Shown here: positions 24,801 to 37,711 of the stretch, piece after piece
Numbering within the stretch: the first letter of the stretch is position 1
Layout: every line of letters starts with the position of its first letter
Assembly (NCBI RefSeq): GCF_964194025.1
Contig: NC_134482.1
Coordinates: 46,562,001 to 46,626,000 of the forward strand
Source: Convolutriloba macropyga
Taxonomy: Eukaryota
DNA: 64,000 nt
Direction: 5' to 3'
The notes under the pieces: model-generated
What the model was told of the DNA's origin: nothing
What the model saw: only the letters and a program-made list of their open reading frames with translations
The model's database searches: none
Translations under genes and position numbers: made by a program

Positions 24801-27800
24801 GATATTGCAGAATGCAGTATGTTCCTGTAGTTAAAACATTGAGAAATCTTTCAAAATTTCGCTTACTGTCCAAAAATATTGGTTCACGATTAAAAAAATA
24901 CTTCAAACTCAAATCCTTTTACTATAAATTATATGAGACAAGTCCTTAATGAGAATATGTAATAAGTTATAAGAAACAAAAAAAAACTTCTATATTTGGA
25001 AACAATAAATTTCTGACTCATGAAAACCATCCATCATCAATGGTAATCTTTAAAAAGATTAAACATCTCCTTAAAAAGCCATTGAGGGACAATATGTCGT
25101 ATAACTAAGGATGGACTCAAAGCTACCAGCGATTATCTAAATCTGATTTTAAATTTGAATGAAAATTGGGTCAAAACCTTCAAAATCAAAAACAATTCAA
25201 AAAGCATTCTTTATGTACAAAAAGTTTTTCTTTCGATTTCAACAGAACCTTTTATTTTACTGATAATGTGTCAACTTGACTAAAAAGAACCTTAATAGAA
25301 GGCTATCCACAAATTGTAAAAACTTATGCAATTCCGTAGTATCAGAGCCGCAAAACAGTTAGATAAATCAGAAAGCCGCTCCAAAAATCAAGTTTGAATT
25401 CATTAGAACTAAGATGTGACCTCGTTTTTTTTATAAAACCAACAAGCTCACATGAGTAAGATAAAAGTGTGGCACAGACAGAAAATTGATATTTTAGGAA
25501 GCAAATGTTTTCATAAGTCATAGCAACAGTGATGCCAATTGGTCCCGCAATAAATGTAAATAAACTTCAATTTTTTCAACTTCTTCGATTGAACACCAAT
25601 GGCCTCGGTTTTAAAAGGACTATGTAAACGAATACAACGAAACACAAAACAAATATTGACCAGAATCCAAAACCCACCAAATTATGTTGAAAACATATTT
25701 TCAAAGCCATGAACCCTTGGCCTGGGACCTTAAAAAATCTATAAACAGACTAAGGTCGGATTCTTCAAAAAGCCGATACAACTGTTAAGTAGTGAAACTA
25801 AGTTACAAGTTCGTAAAATAAGGAACAAAAAGAGCATTCTGTTTTTGAAAACTATTAATTTCTCAATTACTAAAAACATTGGCTATAAATTTATAAATTG
25901 AAGTAATGTTATAGTTTCATTTTGAACGTCAAAAAATCGATAGAAACTTTTCATCGGTCAAAACCTCAAATACGGCTCCAAAAAGAGCAACAAATACCGG
26001 AAAAATCATTAGTTTAATTTAATTTAGCGAGAAAGCGGTGTTAAATCGTTAAAGGCTTTGTGAAAACGTTTCAATTAATACCTTATGCATAATCAGCCGC
26101 TCTTTATTTTAACGCCAGCGGGAGCTATAAGAAATATGATAATCTCAAGCGATTAAAAAACCTCGAGAAACTCGTAAATAAGGAAAAAAGAAATAAAATT
26201 TTTCATGAGAACTCGTAACATCAAAGCCATAAGACCTTTAGATATAGCCACTAACAGCTATTTTTTTGCGACAGCTATGGTAACTTGTTTCAACTGAGGT
26301 TCAGTTATAAGTGTAAAGCAAAAAATGAAAACGTTTCTTTCATGTTCAAAAATCACAGAAACTTTCTCTAAACAAATTATTTTAAAGTGAAAAAAGCAAT
26401 TACGCAAACAGAGCCAATTGAATGTATTATATAGGGTCACCTATATCACATAAAAAATCCAATTGGATCTTTGATTAGAGACTAAATCATGAGGCCGTAA
26501 AATGAACAAAAAATGCGGTAAAATTAAAGATATTGCAGCTTTTGTTCAAAATTATCTTGTAGAGAATAATTTTTAATATAACGAATCAATCCATCGTTTT
26601 GACAAAACAAGACTGAATTTTTCTGTCTGTTCAACGAAAAAAGCAAATTTTCAAAATTTAAGTACATTGGAAATATTGACCGTGAAAAATTTTAACACAT
26701 CAAAAATTATCCCTTTGGGGTAATTATTAGAGTTAAATTAACCAAAAGGCAGCCAAATTATTGAAATACAGAACACTCTCATGGACACTGTATGTAAAAT
26801 TAGCTTTTTTGCAGTTATAATAGCAGGTTGTCTCAGCAGTTTATAGAGCTGTTATGCCGGCATATTTAAACAGATTAAGTAAAGACTTTTTTTTGTTGCC
26901 AGATTTGATAAAAAATCGCAGAACTTAGAAATAGAAATAAAGATAATGTTTTAGCTAGACAAGTCGAGTAAAACAGTTAGGCAATGACCTCTATCTTTTA
27001 TGATAAAAAACAACATTACTATGGTTGCATATTTTTGGAAAAGTGACGAAAACTTAAGCAAAAGTTACGGAAAATGTGAGCAACAACAGCAGAAATAAGT
27101 CGAACATTTTCATGTTTTTAATTGCCGGTAACTATCCGGAAAACTCTGTTTCCTTTTTTATATAAGCTAGGCGAGCTTTCTAATGATACTACCCACAACT
27201 CTCTACCATGGCTATATCGATTGGACTGAACAATTTGACTGAACAGAAAGAAATGAAGTTGAGCATATGGTTCCTCACCCTTGCTAAGTTGAGGTCGAGA
27301 CCACAATCAAAAGAGTGCATACCTTTTGAGATTTAAAGTTGCATAAATCATGCGCCAAGAAATCAGGGATCACTATTTTGAATATAATTTGGCTTCCACA
27401 GACCTTTCTCTTACAACAAAAACTATCGATCTTAATTTTTCTTGCACAAACTCCTTTTAAATGACTTAATTTTAATTTATATGGAAGTTTATTTCAGAGC
27501 ATTCCTTAAATAAGAAAACTTAGACAATTTGGAGTCTCTTTAAAACATTTTATTTGACATATTAACTTGTTTTTAAGGTGTGTTTGAACAGTAAATATTT
27601 TAAAACTGTATTTTGGTTACAAAAATTCAAAATATTCAATAGCTTTCGTGCACACGGAAAAACTGTAACCATTTGTTCTGAAATCTGAATTTGAAGTAAA
27701 CAATTGATCCTTACTTTCAACAAAGCTGTCAATAGTTGATCTGAAAAAAAATTAGAGACACAAAATGCATTGGAAATTTTTTCAAAAAAATGAATTTGAA

Positions 27801-29789
27801 AAAAAATCTCTTTTAATTGTTTTATAAAATGATTTTTTCTGCGGAAACAATTCAAAAAGTTTGCATTGTTGAACCTATTTGTAGAAAAAATTAGTTTTTT
27901 TACATAGAATTAAATAAATAAAAATTTTTTATATAGTGGATTCCGCAAATTTTCCGTTGGTTTTCAATTTTCTTAAAAATGTTGACTGAATAAAAATGTT
28001 AGATGTTTTTATTGACAAGAAACAATGTATTTTTTATGAGTAGGCGATGATCTTGTCTTCAAATTCATCTGGAGTCAACTATTCCAATAACACTCATCAT
28101 TCATAAGTATTTATCACCTAGAAAATGTTCTAATTTAATTAAATTTATGACGTTAAGTAAAAAAAAATTGTTCGAAAAATGTACTTTGATGTACTAAATA
28201 TCATTTTGTAAGGTTTATTAAGCAAAAGATTTATTAATGTTGCTGTTCTAGCTTTGCTGTATATTTGATTTATGTAAAAAGAACTTTTAATCAACTTGCC
28301 CTAGAAGATTTCAAAACAGGTTAGAAATTACCTGGCCGGTTAAGTGTTAAAACCATTCAGACCCTAGCAATATTTTGTACGACTTAGAACTTTTCTTGTA
28401 TCATCAGTATTAAGAAAAATTTTAATGTGAGTTTTTTTAACATAAGTTCTGTTGCCCTACAAAATTGTACGAATAAAAATGATATCCGTCCTATTCCTGT
28501 TTGCTCACCATTTTCGGCGTAGTCTTGCTAATTCTGGCAAGAGTTTTGACAAAATCTTTAATCGAAATTGAAACAATATTAGGATAATATGAGGAAAATT
28601 TAGCTAGCATTTTTAGAACCTCAGAAATTTAGCAATAGAGAGATTTATGTTTTTAGGCAGCAAGCTCTAGCAAAAAATTTGGGTCCTATGGGCCAAGTGA
28701 AAATACTCGAATTTCTTATGAATGGAATTCCGCTCTGCTGTACTATGAAGCTATGCTACGCGACTCTGCATGAACTCATTTAGCACTTATGGCATTTATC
28801 GAAAACCGCAAAGTGGTTCCAGATATAAAGTTAGAAGTGACCTCTGTAGAGTCACGTAATAATGCTTAAAACACAAAAAGCGCATGTTTTCAAATGATGA
28901 AAGTCAACGGAAATCAACTTTGGGCCACGCAGTAGTTCTCGCATTTTTACATTTGGCGCTGTAGACTTTCGGCAATTTAAAAGGTACACGTGAGTGTTTT
29001 AACTGAGAGACAAGCATTTCATTTCATATCCAAATTTGAGGTGTCCAGAGCGGTTAGATCTCTGATCAGACCATCATCGAGCGCACAACTGTGCCTGGTG
29101 CGCTTGAATTACATGGTCTGGACAAAACCTTTGTCGAACTTTAGTCTGACCAATGGTCTTAAATATGTCTAATTATAGGCGGATTCGAGTGCACACTAGT
29201 CTGATCCAAAATGATTCCGAGCTCAATTCGTTCTGACCAGAAATTACTTCGAGCGTATGTTTTTCCTCAAAAGTTCTCATTTTTGTTTTAACCAAGAGAT
29301 GTTGCCTCTTTCTAGAAGCAACAATACAGCAGCATTATGATCAGAGAGAGTCATCTAAAATTTTTAGATGCTAATCAGAACCAAGGGATCCAGTTGATAG
29401 CAAGTCTCTCTGTCCTTTCGACAAAGTTTTGATTGGCAATTACACAATTTATTTACAACCATTCGTTAAAAGAAGTTTAATACATATTAAGAAAGAGTTT
29501 CAGTTTAAAAAGAAGTATTGAAGCAGAAAGTTCTCGTTAAAACTGAGTTTCTGTTCCTGTTGTATTAAAGACTTCTTTTGCATCCGGCGCACTCAGCCAT
29601 TTCAAGCACCATGGAGGGCTTCGACTGACTGAACTTGGCATTTCAAAAAGATAATGGATCGGATACATGGCTAGCCTCGTAGGAGATGGTGTGATCGGCA
29701 ACTTTCATTATCACAAGGTAAGTAACAAGTACTGTTAATTAATTAAAACAAAAAAAAATAAATTTTCAGGATATTAAATGTTTGATGAC

Positions 29790-30931
29790 GATGGTGGGAC
29801 TCGAACCTCATTGTGTGGATGTCAGAATTATAACCGATATTAGTGCATTGCACTAAGTTTTGTTCTGTTTTTGGAGGTGTTTGGCGTCATAGTTTCATTG
29901 TTCTCAGTTTGGAATTGTCTGAAAAATTGAGACGGATGAAATTGGCTCATCCTGAGTCTCGAACCCACGCTCGCATTGTTAATATTGAGTAAGCTGTCAG
30001 CGCTAAGTTCCATGTTTGATGGCACATATTTTCAATACTTTTTCGATCGCAATACGAATTAACTTCCAACCAATTAAAGCAGATAGGTAGTATAAAACAA
30101 ATGATCTTAATTCGTATAATATAATAGTCGTCAGTCTAAGGAGAACAAATGCAAAAATTTTCTGTTCGAAAAGTAAGGACTGAAAAAGTTAAAATGAACT
30201 TTGTTTTAATTTCATAAAGGAAAGTGAATAAAAAAAATCAAAACTGACGAAAAATAAGAAGTGCTTGATTAAAAGTGCTACGCTGACCTAACAATAAAAC
30301 CACTGAAACCAAACCGCGCGCAGCACAAAGCTAGATGATGAAGTGTTTCTCTTGTTTAATTTAATTCAGTGGAGTATGAAATAGATGGTAAAAAGACTGA
30401 AATAAAGATTTCAAAAGGAAACGAAGCTTGATTAAATTTTTAATTGCCGTAATTAGCTTTTGTTTTGTTGTTTTTGGTGATCTGTTCAGCCCGAATTTAC
30501 TAAGAGAGCGGCTGGCTGAATAGAATGAAAAGAATGAAGTGGATTAAAATTAAGTTGTGTCTGGCCCCGAATTGACTAAGCGAGCGGCTGGCCATACACT
30601 CATAATATTTCTGATCGGATAAAAAGACGCCTATGTGCAAAATAAAAAGTAAGAGAAGGAAATAAAAGGAAGGTGACACTTCTCGGCTTCGAACTCTTAT
30701 CGGTTCAATTTGTTAGTTACGTGTATACGTAATTCTCCGCTGAGCCAATCGGCTTGGCTTCACCAATTATACTAAATCGTTTTGAGTTGGCTTTAGTTAG
30801 TAAACGCTTTGACTGATATATGAAAAAAAAACAAAATCGCATAGTGATAAATAAACAAAGTTGGAGTCGAACCGTAGCTGTAGGTATAGAGATATTCGTG
30901 TTCGTTGCTCCTCACAACTGCGCTGCTGGCT
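29790..30931 (-). ncRNA. Four co-oriented tRNA-like Pol III promoter units
   Basis: B-boxes GGTTCGACTCC (30873-30863), AGTTCGAAGCC (30695-30685), GGTTCGAGACT (29965-29955), GGTTCGAGTCC (29807-29797). A-box-like CAGCGCAGTTG, TGGCTCAGCGG and TAGTGCAATGC at tRNA-like spacing; T-runs downstream. Confidence 0.5.
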
Positions 30932-31227
30932 AATCATTTGTTTTATTTCGTTTGCTAGTCATTAAAATCGTGTGATGTTTTTCGCTGAGATTTCAATATA
31001 AAGTTGCACTTCCTTGTTTTCCCGTTCTTGTCTTCGTATTCCTATTTATTCAATTCCCAAGTTTTCCACTGATGTCAGTCCGGCTGCCAATTTTTCTTGG
31101 AAAACAATTTATGGCCTTGAAGTTGGGGATGCACTGGGGCTCGATCCTCATTCTGTCATTCATCAGTGTTTTGAGCTGCTACCTACGCCGGATGGCTAGT
31201 GTGCACCAGTTTGTCATTTCTTTTTTT

Positions 31228-33933
31228 TTAGTATTGAAGGTGATCGAGAGTACTTTTGCAATTATTAAGCGGGCACTGCCTTTTTTGTGAATTAGTTCCA
31301 CTACAGACTGTGTTTTGTGTTTAATTGCCCGACTAATATACCCGTTTGCTAGTTTAATCTGAACTTCTCTAATTGTTTGCATGTTTGCGTCTTCGTGAAG
31401 TTTTTGGACCTTGTAAAATCTAGGTTTTCGTAGGCAGATCCTCAAGGCTCTATTCTGGACACATTGTATTTTATTAATGAGTGCTTGGTATTTGTCAATC
31501 CAACAGGCATTTGAGCACAAAAAAAGAGGCCGGATCCAAGATTTGTATACCAATAAAAAACTCTCTTCGTTGATGTTTACATTGCTAAGTCTTCACAGTT
31601 GAAATAACCTACTGTTTGCTCTCTTTATTAGGCTTTGGCAGTGATCGTTCCATCTGAGATGAGGAGTGAGAGTAATACCCAGAAACTTTAGCGTTTGTGT
31701 TTTTCCGACGGGTACGCCTTTTATTTTTTAAATTGAGCTCAGACTTTTCCTTAGATGGGTTTTTAAAAATCATGTACTGAGTTTTGTTAGGATTTATTTT
31801 AATTTTCAAGTGGTCACACCAGCCTATAAGGCTATTCAGTGATGATTGCAGATTGTTTTGAATTAGTTGTGTTGAGCGAGATCTGTAGTACAGGGCAAAA
31901 TCGTCAGCGAACTGGGAAATCTGTGCTTTCATTTTTGGCAATCGGCTAACGTATATAAGGAAGAGAATGGGAGCAATCACGCTGCCTTGGGGCACACCGG
32001 CCGTCGGGCAGAAACTGGCGCTAACACCAGTATTTATCTTCACTTAAACGTTCCTTTGTGACAAGAATGAATATATCCACTTAATGATTGGGATCTTCAG
32101 CTCAATTGAATTCAATTTGTGGATTAACCCTAGACGCCATACGGCATCAAATGCTTTTTCAACATCCAAGCAAACTAAACCAACCATTTCAGACCATTGG
32201 AAAGCTTCACTAACGTGCTGAGTGAGTTCGATAAGATTGTCTGTGGTACAGCGATGTTTCCTGTAAGCGCTCTGAGTTTCGCCAAATATATTTAGACTTT
32301 CGCAATGTTCTAAGACAATGTTTTTCACAACAATTTCGCAAACCTTGGCCAGGCAGTTTGTAAGACTAATAGGTCGATAGTTTTCAGCCTTTGATCTGTC
32401 TTTATCTGGCTTTGGTATCATTGTTATCTGTGATTCTTTCCAATTTACTGGAACATACGAGTTGTTAATTTAACTAGAAATGAGGAGGCAGGCTAGGGCT
32501 TTTATACTCCGTGGTAACTCACTGAGCTTTTTGTAGCTGATTTTATCTGGTCCTGGGCATGACTTTCTCGATACTCTCAATATTTCATCGAATTCCTTTG
32601 TTTTAATCACAACACAAAGTTCCTCGGTGTCGACGTTTGTACTTAGAAATGCTTTGGTTTCTTTTTCGATTTTCTCGTGGTGTTCGGCAAATTCTGTTGG
32701 TACTGTTGTGTGGTCTTTCATTGTGTCTTTTAGGAGTTGTTTGAAAAGCTCGCTTTTCTCATGATCTGTGACTGCCTTCGACTCTTTATATGTTAAATCG
32801 GGATAGTCGCAAGTTTTTTGTTTTGACCCGTGGTCATTTGTTAGTTCCTTTATTGCTCTCCAAAAACCTCTGCTGCCCTTGTCTCTTGCACGTGCCAAAA
32901 TTTTAGCACTTTTTTGTTCTTCTGATTGCCTGATTGATCGTTTGATTTCTTTCTGCAGATAATTTATCTCGGTTTTTAGAGACCTAAATTCATCGTTAAC
33001 TGCACCTTTGAGTTCTCTTCGCTTTTTCCTTTTCAGTTTTATCAATTTTTGTGTCTCAATACTGTAAGGAAGCTTGTTTTTGTTGACATAGGAGTCTTCC
33101 AACGATTTGTGTATTATTTCAACCAGATTGCTGCTAAACTTATTTAGTTCATCCTTTCCCGGATACTGCGCAGGCCAAAGGTCCGATGATCTATACGATT
33201 TTCTAGCGTTTTCTCTGAATTGTCTGAAGTCAATTTCCAATTTCAATTCAAATTTTTTGCTTATTTTGAGGTTAAACGTTGTGATTGTGGTTCTATGGTC
33301 ACTTCCCAGATCTTCTGAGACTTCGAAAATACCAAAATTCCTAAAAACTGTACTATCGCAAAAGTGTAAATCGAGCATGTTTTTACTTTTTCCGTCGAAC
33401 GACTGATATATGTGGTGACCGTTGTTTAGCAGTTTAAAATGACCGTTGTCTATTAGATTCAGGAGTTTCTCACCGTTTTCAGAATCATAGGAGCAGTTTA
33501 ATTCTTGGTGGGGAGAGTTGAAGTCACCACAAACAAAAACATTTGTCATACTTTCTGAGAATACTTTTTCTAGTGAGAGTGGTTTTCCAGGTGAATTGTA
33601 AACAGATATTTTCCAAAAGTCTCCAAAATACGGTAGCGTGATGTATAATTTTATTTTTTCCAGTGTTTTTCCGCTGCAATCGTTCTCTTTTTCAGCTGGT
33701 TTTGTTTGGTTTATGACGATGTTGTTCTTCATTAAAATAAGAGAGCCATGATGACTGTTGGTATAAGTTTCTGTTGCAACAACATAATTACGAAGAGGGT
33801 TGGTTTTTTGCCATTTTTTCACTTCATTCACGCAAATTATGTTTATGTCATTTTCGGCTAAGAATAAAATGAGATCGTTTATTTTGTTGTTTAGACCTCG
33901 ACAGTTCCATTGCAAAATTTTGAGCTTATCCAT
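31228..33933 (-). pseudogene. LINE ORF2 (APE endonuclease + reverse transcriptase), disrupted
   Basis: ILQWNCRGL, GDFNS, GSDH; YRPISL, LDVEKAFD, GVPQGS, QFADD, VQNRALR. Spread over several ORFs by stops and frameshifts. Confidence 0.92.
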
Positions 33934-35080
33934 TTTGGTTAAAGTTTTGGCTGTTTGATATGTTGTTAGGCGGCATTGAATTAACAGGGATCGCCTTTGC
34001 ACTCTTAATGCTCTCATGTATTTTTTGCCATCAATTTTTTCATTGAAGATGCGTGAGGCGCTGTTAGAGACAATGTTTATTATATCACTATAGGACATGG
34101 TATTTAGAACTGTTCGTTTTTTGCTCAAGACTTCGGCTACAAGAACAGCTATTTTTTCAGTTTGTGGCGGCATTTCAACGTTGGTTTGCGTTTTCAAGTT
34201 TTTCGCTGCAGTAGAGTATTTATTCTCATTTATCTTTCTTGAAGCCTCAGCTAGCTTCTGCTGATAGGCCGGACAACCGCGATAAACTGTCGCATGAATA
34301 CCGCCACAGTTAGAACACTTAGCGTTTTCTTTTTGAACAGTACATTCTTTAACACTGTGCTCCTGCGAGCAGCGAAGACATCGAGTAGCATTACTGCCTT
34401 CTTTTGCTGAGTGAGCAAATTGTTGGCATTTGAAACATTGCATTACATGGGGTGGTTCACGGCTTGCTTCACATCGGTATAGCTGCCAACCTATTTTGAC
34501 ACCATGTTTCTGAGCTGCACTAACATGGTTATTGGAATCCGTTAAGACTCGAATCAATTTTGTTGGTTGGCCAGTTGCTCGACTTGTTATTCGTGTAACT
34601 TTGTTGACATTCATTGCATTGTTGTTTAGGAGTTCAACTTTTAACTCATCAACACTAATGCTGTGATGGACATTTACAATTACGAAACTGGGTTTGGTTT
34701 TTGGCTTAGGAAGCGTGTTTCTGGCATTCACAGTGGCATTTGGAAAGGCTTGAGTTAGGTTTACGGTTAGCATTAGGCATTCTCTAGAAGCGAGGTCCTC
34801 AGGTTGAATTAAAAGTTGAATTAAAAAGGTATTGTTCTTCATCTCTTATGTGCTTTATTTTGACTACTGGAAAGTTCGATCTGATTGCTCTTGCAAATTG
34901 TATTTGTGATGGCCTTGGATCAATAGAAACAACAATTGGTCTAACGTTGGTGATTGGAATTTGTGCTTGTTTTCTGAACCTTTTTCTTTTACTTCGCACT
35001 TCATTGAAATCGCTTTCATCTTGTGTTGTTTCGTCAGCTGTCATTCTGGCTTCAGACAAAAGCCTTTCAGTTTGGCTCAT
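33926..35080 (-). pseudogene. LINE ORF1 (Gag-like, triple zinc knuckle), frameshifted
   Basis: QCFKCQQFAHSAKEG / RCLRCSQEHSVKEC / KCSNCGGIHATVYRGC. Frameshifts near 34845 and 34022. The restored frame ends ..NQNG* overlapping the ORF2 ATG. Confidence 0.85.
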
Positions 35081-36142
35081 TTTAAAACTCAGCCTCAGAG
35101 AGGCTGTGACTTCTCGAAAAATTCTCTAATAAGACTTAATTTGGCCGAGTTGTTTTCCGTTAAAATGGTTGATTAAAATAAAGTGCTAAGTTTGGTAGTG
35201 CTATGCAAGTAAAACTTCAAGAATCGGGATTTAGGTGCTTTAAGATTGAGGGCTATTGCTTAGCAGAACGACGAAGGTAAAATTTGAAACAACTTTTAAA
35301 GCGCAGAGAATAAGTGAAAATAAGCCGATTGAAAATCAGGATTTAAAAAGCAACTTTTAGTGAAAAATCTTTTTTTATAAAAGACTCACTCCCAAAGGAC
35401 GTTCCTACACAAAGTGGAGTACTTGCTTGTGGCTTTCTTATCACACTTTGAGGTACTGATCCGAAAGTGACATTAATAGCGGTTTAATCATCATGGACCT
35501 TAGGCTAATTATGGAAGGTGTCCAAGTTCATCTATTGAGTCAAAAACATGCATCAATTGCATAACGAATTAGTTAAGTTTTCAGCATTTGGCTTTGTTTT
35601 CCATTTGCAATCCACTGAGGATTGGCTTTTACTTAGCTTAAAATATTTCTGAATAAATTAATTTCATTGAAATGAATATATTATAGTGATATTAAGCGAT
35701 TTCTCAATATTTAAAACGTTTCTCTGGTCACACGATATTGATCGCACTTGAGTCTGGTCAGATTTGAATTCGAACACACTTGAGTCTGATCAGAAATAAT
35801 TTTGAGTGCACTTGAGTCTGATGAGAGGTGGTATCGAGCGCACTTTAGATTGATCTGCAGTCTTTCGACCGCGCGATAGTCAGATAAGAGAACACTTCCG
35901 AGCTCAGTTTGAGCAATCACGGAGTTTCGAGCGCATCATATAGCCTGATCAGAGATCACTTCGGTCTGGCTCGCTCTGATCGCAGATGATTTCGGCCCGG
36001 ACGTCAACCTTGGATTGCTACTTCTTGTCAAAGTATGAGCAGTTTTAGCCTTGGAAAACTAAGGTCTCTTGTATCGTCCAGGGTATATGAAAATCAAGAA
36101 ATATTGACCCGGACAACTAAAAAAAAATGAAATACAGCATTT

Positions 36143-36485
36143 GGGATCTTATGTGCCCCCATATAGTGTTTTTATGACCCACTGGGTGAACAATTATAAG
36201 TTGTGATATAGCACGGATCTTTTCAGTTGGTGCCGCCACTACGTTATCCCCCCACCTCTGTTACAACGCCCGTGTCATTACAAAGTAGCTAATTACTGAA
36301 AACATAAACACGTGGAATTTGAGGTGGAAATAATATTCACTCGCAAAACGAGGGGGGCACAAACGAATAAGATCCGATAGAACGTTAGCATCTTTTCCGC
36401 TTGTGATACAAACCCACCCCCCAACCCAAGTACGTTATGCCTCCCCCCCCGTTACAGAGGACGTGAAATATTATAGTAAATTCTT
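36143..36485. mobile_element. Nested and partial Merlin-type MITEs (complete copy 36215-36375)
   Basis: Family TIRs; degenerate TSD TATAGCAC/GATAGAAC inside an older copy. Confidence 0.6.
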
Positions 36486-37204
36486 ATGGAAAAGTTTCTT
36501 ATGTTCGAATCGAAGGTTTTTGAACGAAAGAAAGTATAATTATGTCAAATGTTTTAGCCGAGTTGGAGCCGAGTGAAATTGGTCCCGCAGGTATGAAAAA
36601 TTAATTTCATTTAAAATCCTAAGCCTGCCAATAATTTTAGTATAAGACTGCTTAACGTATTTCTTATTTTGCTTAGTCTTTTCTCATCATATTACTCTGT
36701 TTTTTTGTAATACTTTACAGTATATTTCAAGACTGAACATGTGCAACTACTATTATCAAAATGGAAAAACGTTCAAAGACTGGAATTTGTGATCATACAA
36801 ATAGTATCATAAGAAAACAATGAGTTTATTCTTTTTGTCAATTGTGTGAAGTCAATTGTTTTATCACATCACTATTTCAGTGGAATTTTTCTGCAAAAGG
36901 ATTACAGCGAAAAAACTGTGAAGGCTGGGGTAGAAAGTTGACAATTTTACCCCCACACTTTTACTAACCTAAATGTTCACTGCTAACCAACATTTCTACT
37001 GGAGTAGCAAAGTCTACTATATGCTATCGAAGTACAACCGCTGAGATCAAATTACCAGAAGAAAATCAAAGGGAGGAAAAATCAGATATCTGAAAAGTTA
37101 AATTTTGAATTTTACGATTTCGAAGGAAACATTGAAAAGGAAAAAACCTGGATTAGGTGAAGCTGCATTGGGTGAAAAATGGAAATTCCAAATTTTTAGT
37201 TTTT

Positions 37205-37711
37205 TCCTGGTTCGAGGTTTTTGGCTGAATTTTTGCGGTGAATGCGGTGAAAAGCAATAATTCACCGAATTTCTTTCACAAATTCACCGTAAAGACTTTT
37301 GTGGCAAATTAATCTAATCTATGCGGTGAAAGCAGAGAATTCGGTGAAAAAAGATAATTCGCCGCATTTCACCGCATTTCTTATAAAAATTCACCGCGAA
37401 ATTCAACGCATTTCTTACAAAATTCAACACATTAGCTCTTCAACCTTTACTCAATCTGATTTAATTTCACAAGAAATATCATAGAATTATGTGACAGTTG
37501 GCCCACTAGAATCAGAAGTTGACGGCATGCAGGAGGTAAGGAGTTCGAATCCGTGTAGGGAAGCTTTTTTTGTAAGAATACTATGAACAGGATGAAAATA
37601 AATAATTCACTGCGATTCACCACAAAAAGATCTAAGAAATACGGGTTGAATTTTTTTCACCGCATTTGACATCATTTCTTATGAAAATTCACCGCCAAAC
37701 ATCGACCCGGG
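37205..37711. mobile_element. CCCGG-ended (CACTA/CMC-like) non-autonomous element with TTCACCGC repeats
   Basis: Imperfect TIR CCCGGGTCGATGTTTGGCGGTGAATTT; TT on both flanks. Confidence 0.55.

Larger units (their letters stand above)
29424..35468 (-). mobile_element. Full-length, degenerate non-LTR retrotransposon (Jockey/I-group-like) with long 3' extension
   Basis: ORF1 with three zinc knuckles, ORF2 with APE and RT, no RNase H seen. Limits are set by the interruption of the host repeat; possible short GACA duplication. Confidence 0.8.
29043..36001. mobile_element. TCTGATCAGA-repeat non-autonomous element split into 29043-29415 and 35473-36001 by the LINE insertion
   Basis: The two halves align contiguously with the reverse complement of the uninterrupted relative at ~41223-42070. 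Confidence 0.65.

Noticed and set aside
29675-29856. Apparent plus-strand mini-intron (GTAAGT..TTTCAG) joining a short ORF
   Set aside because: The product is under 50 aa, has no recognisable motif, and overlaps a tRNA-like unit.
31160-31166. CTGATGA hammerhead core (also ~39368)
   Set aside because: No stem II followed by GAAA could be formed.
32470-34842. 790-aa Gag-endonuclease fusion as a novel protein
   Set aside because: A 1-bp loss near 34022 explains it; the restored ORF1 stops at AATGGATAA, overlapping the ORF2 ATG.
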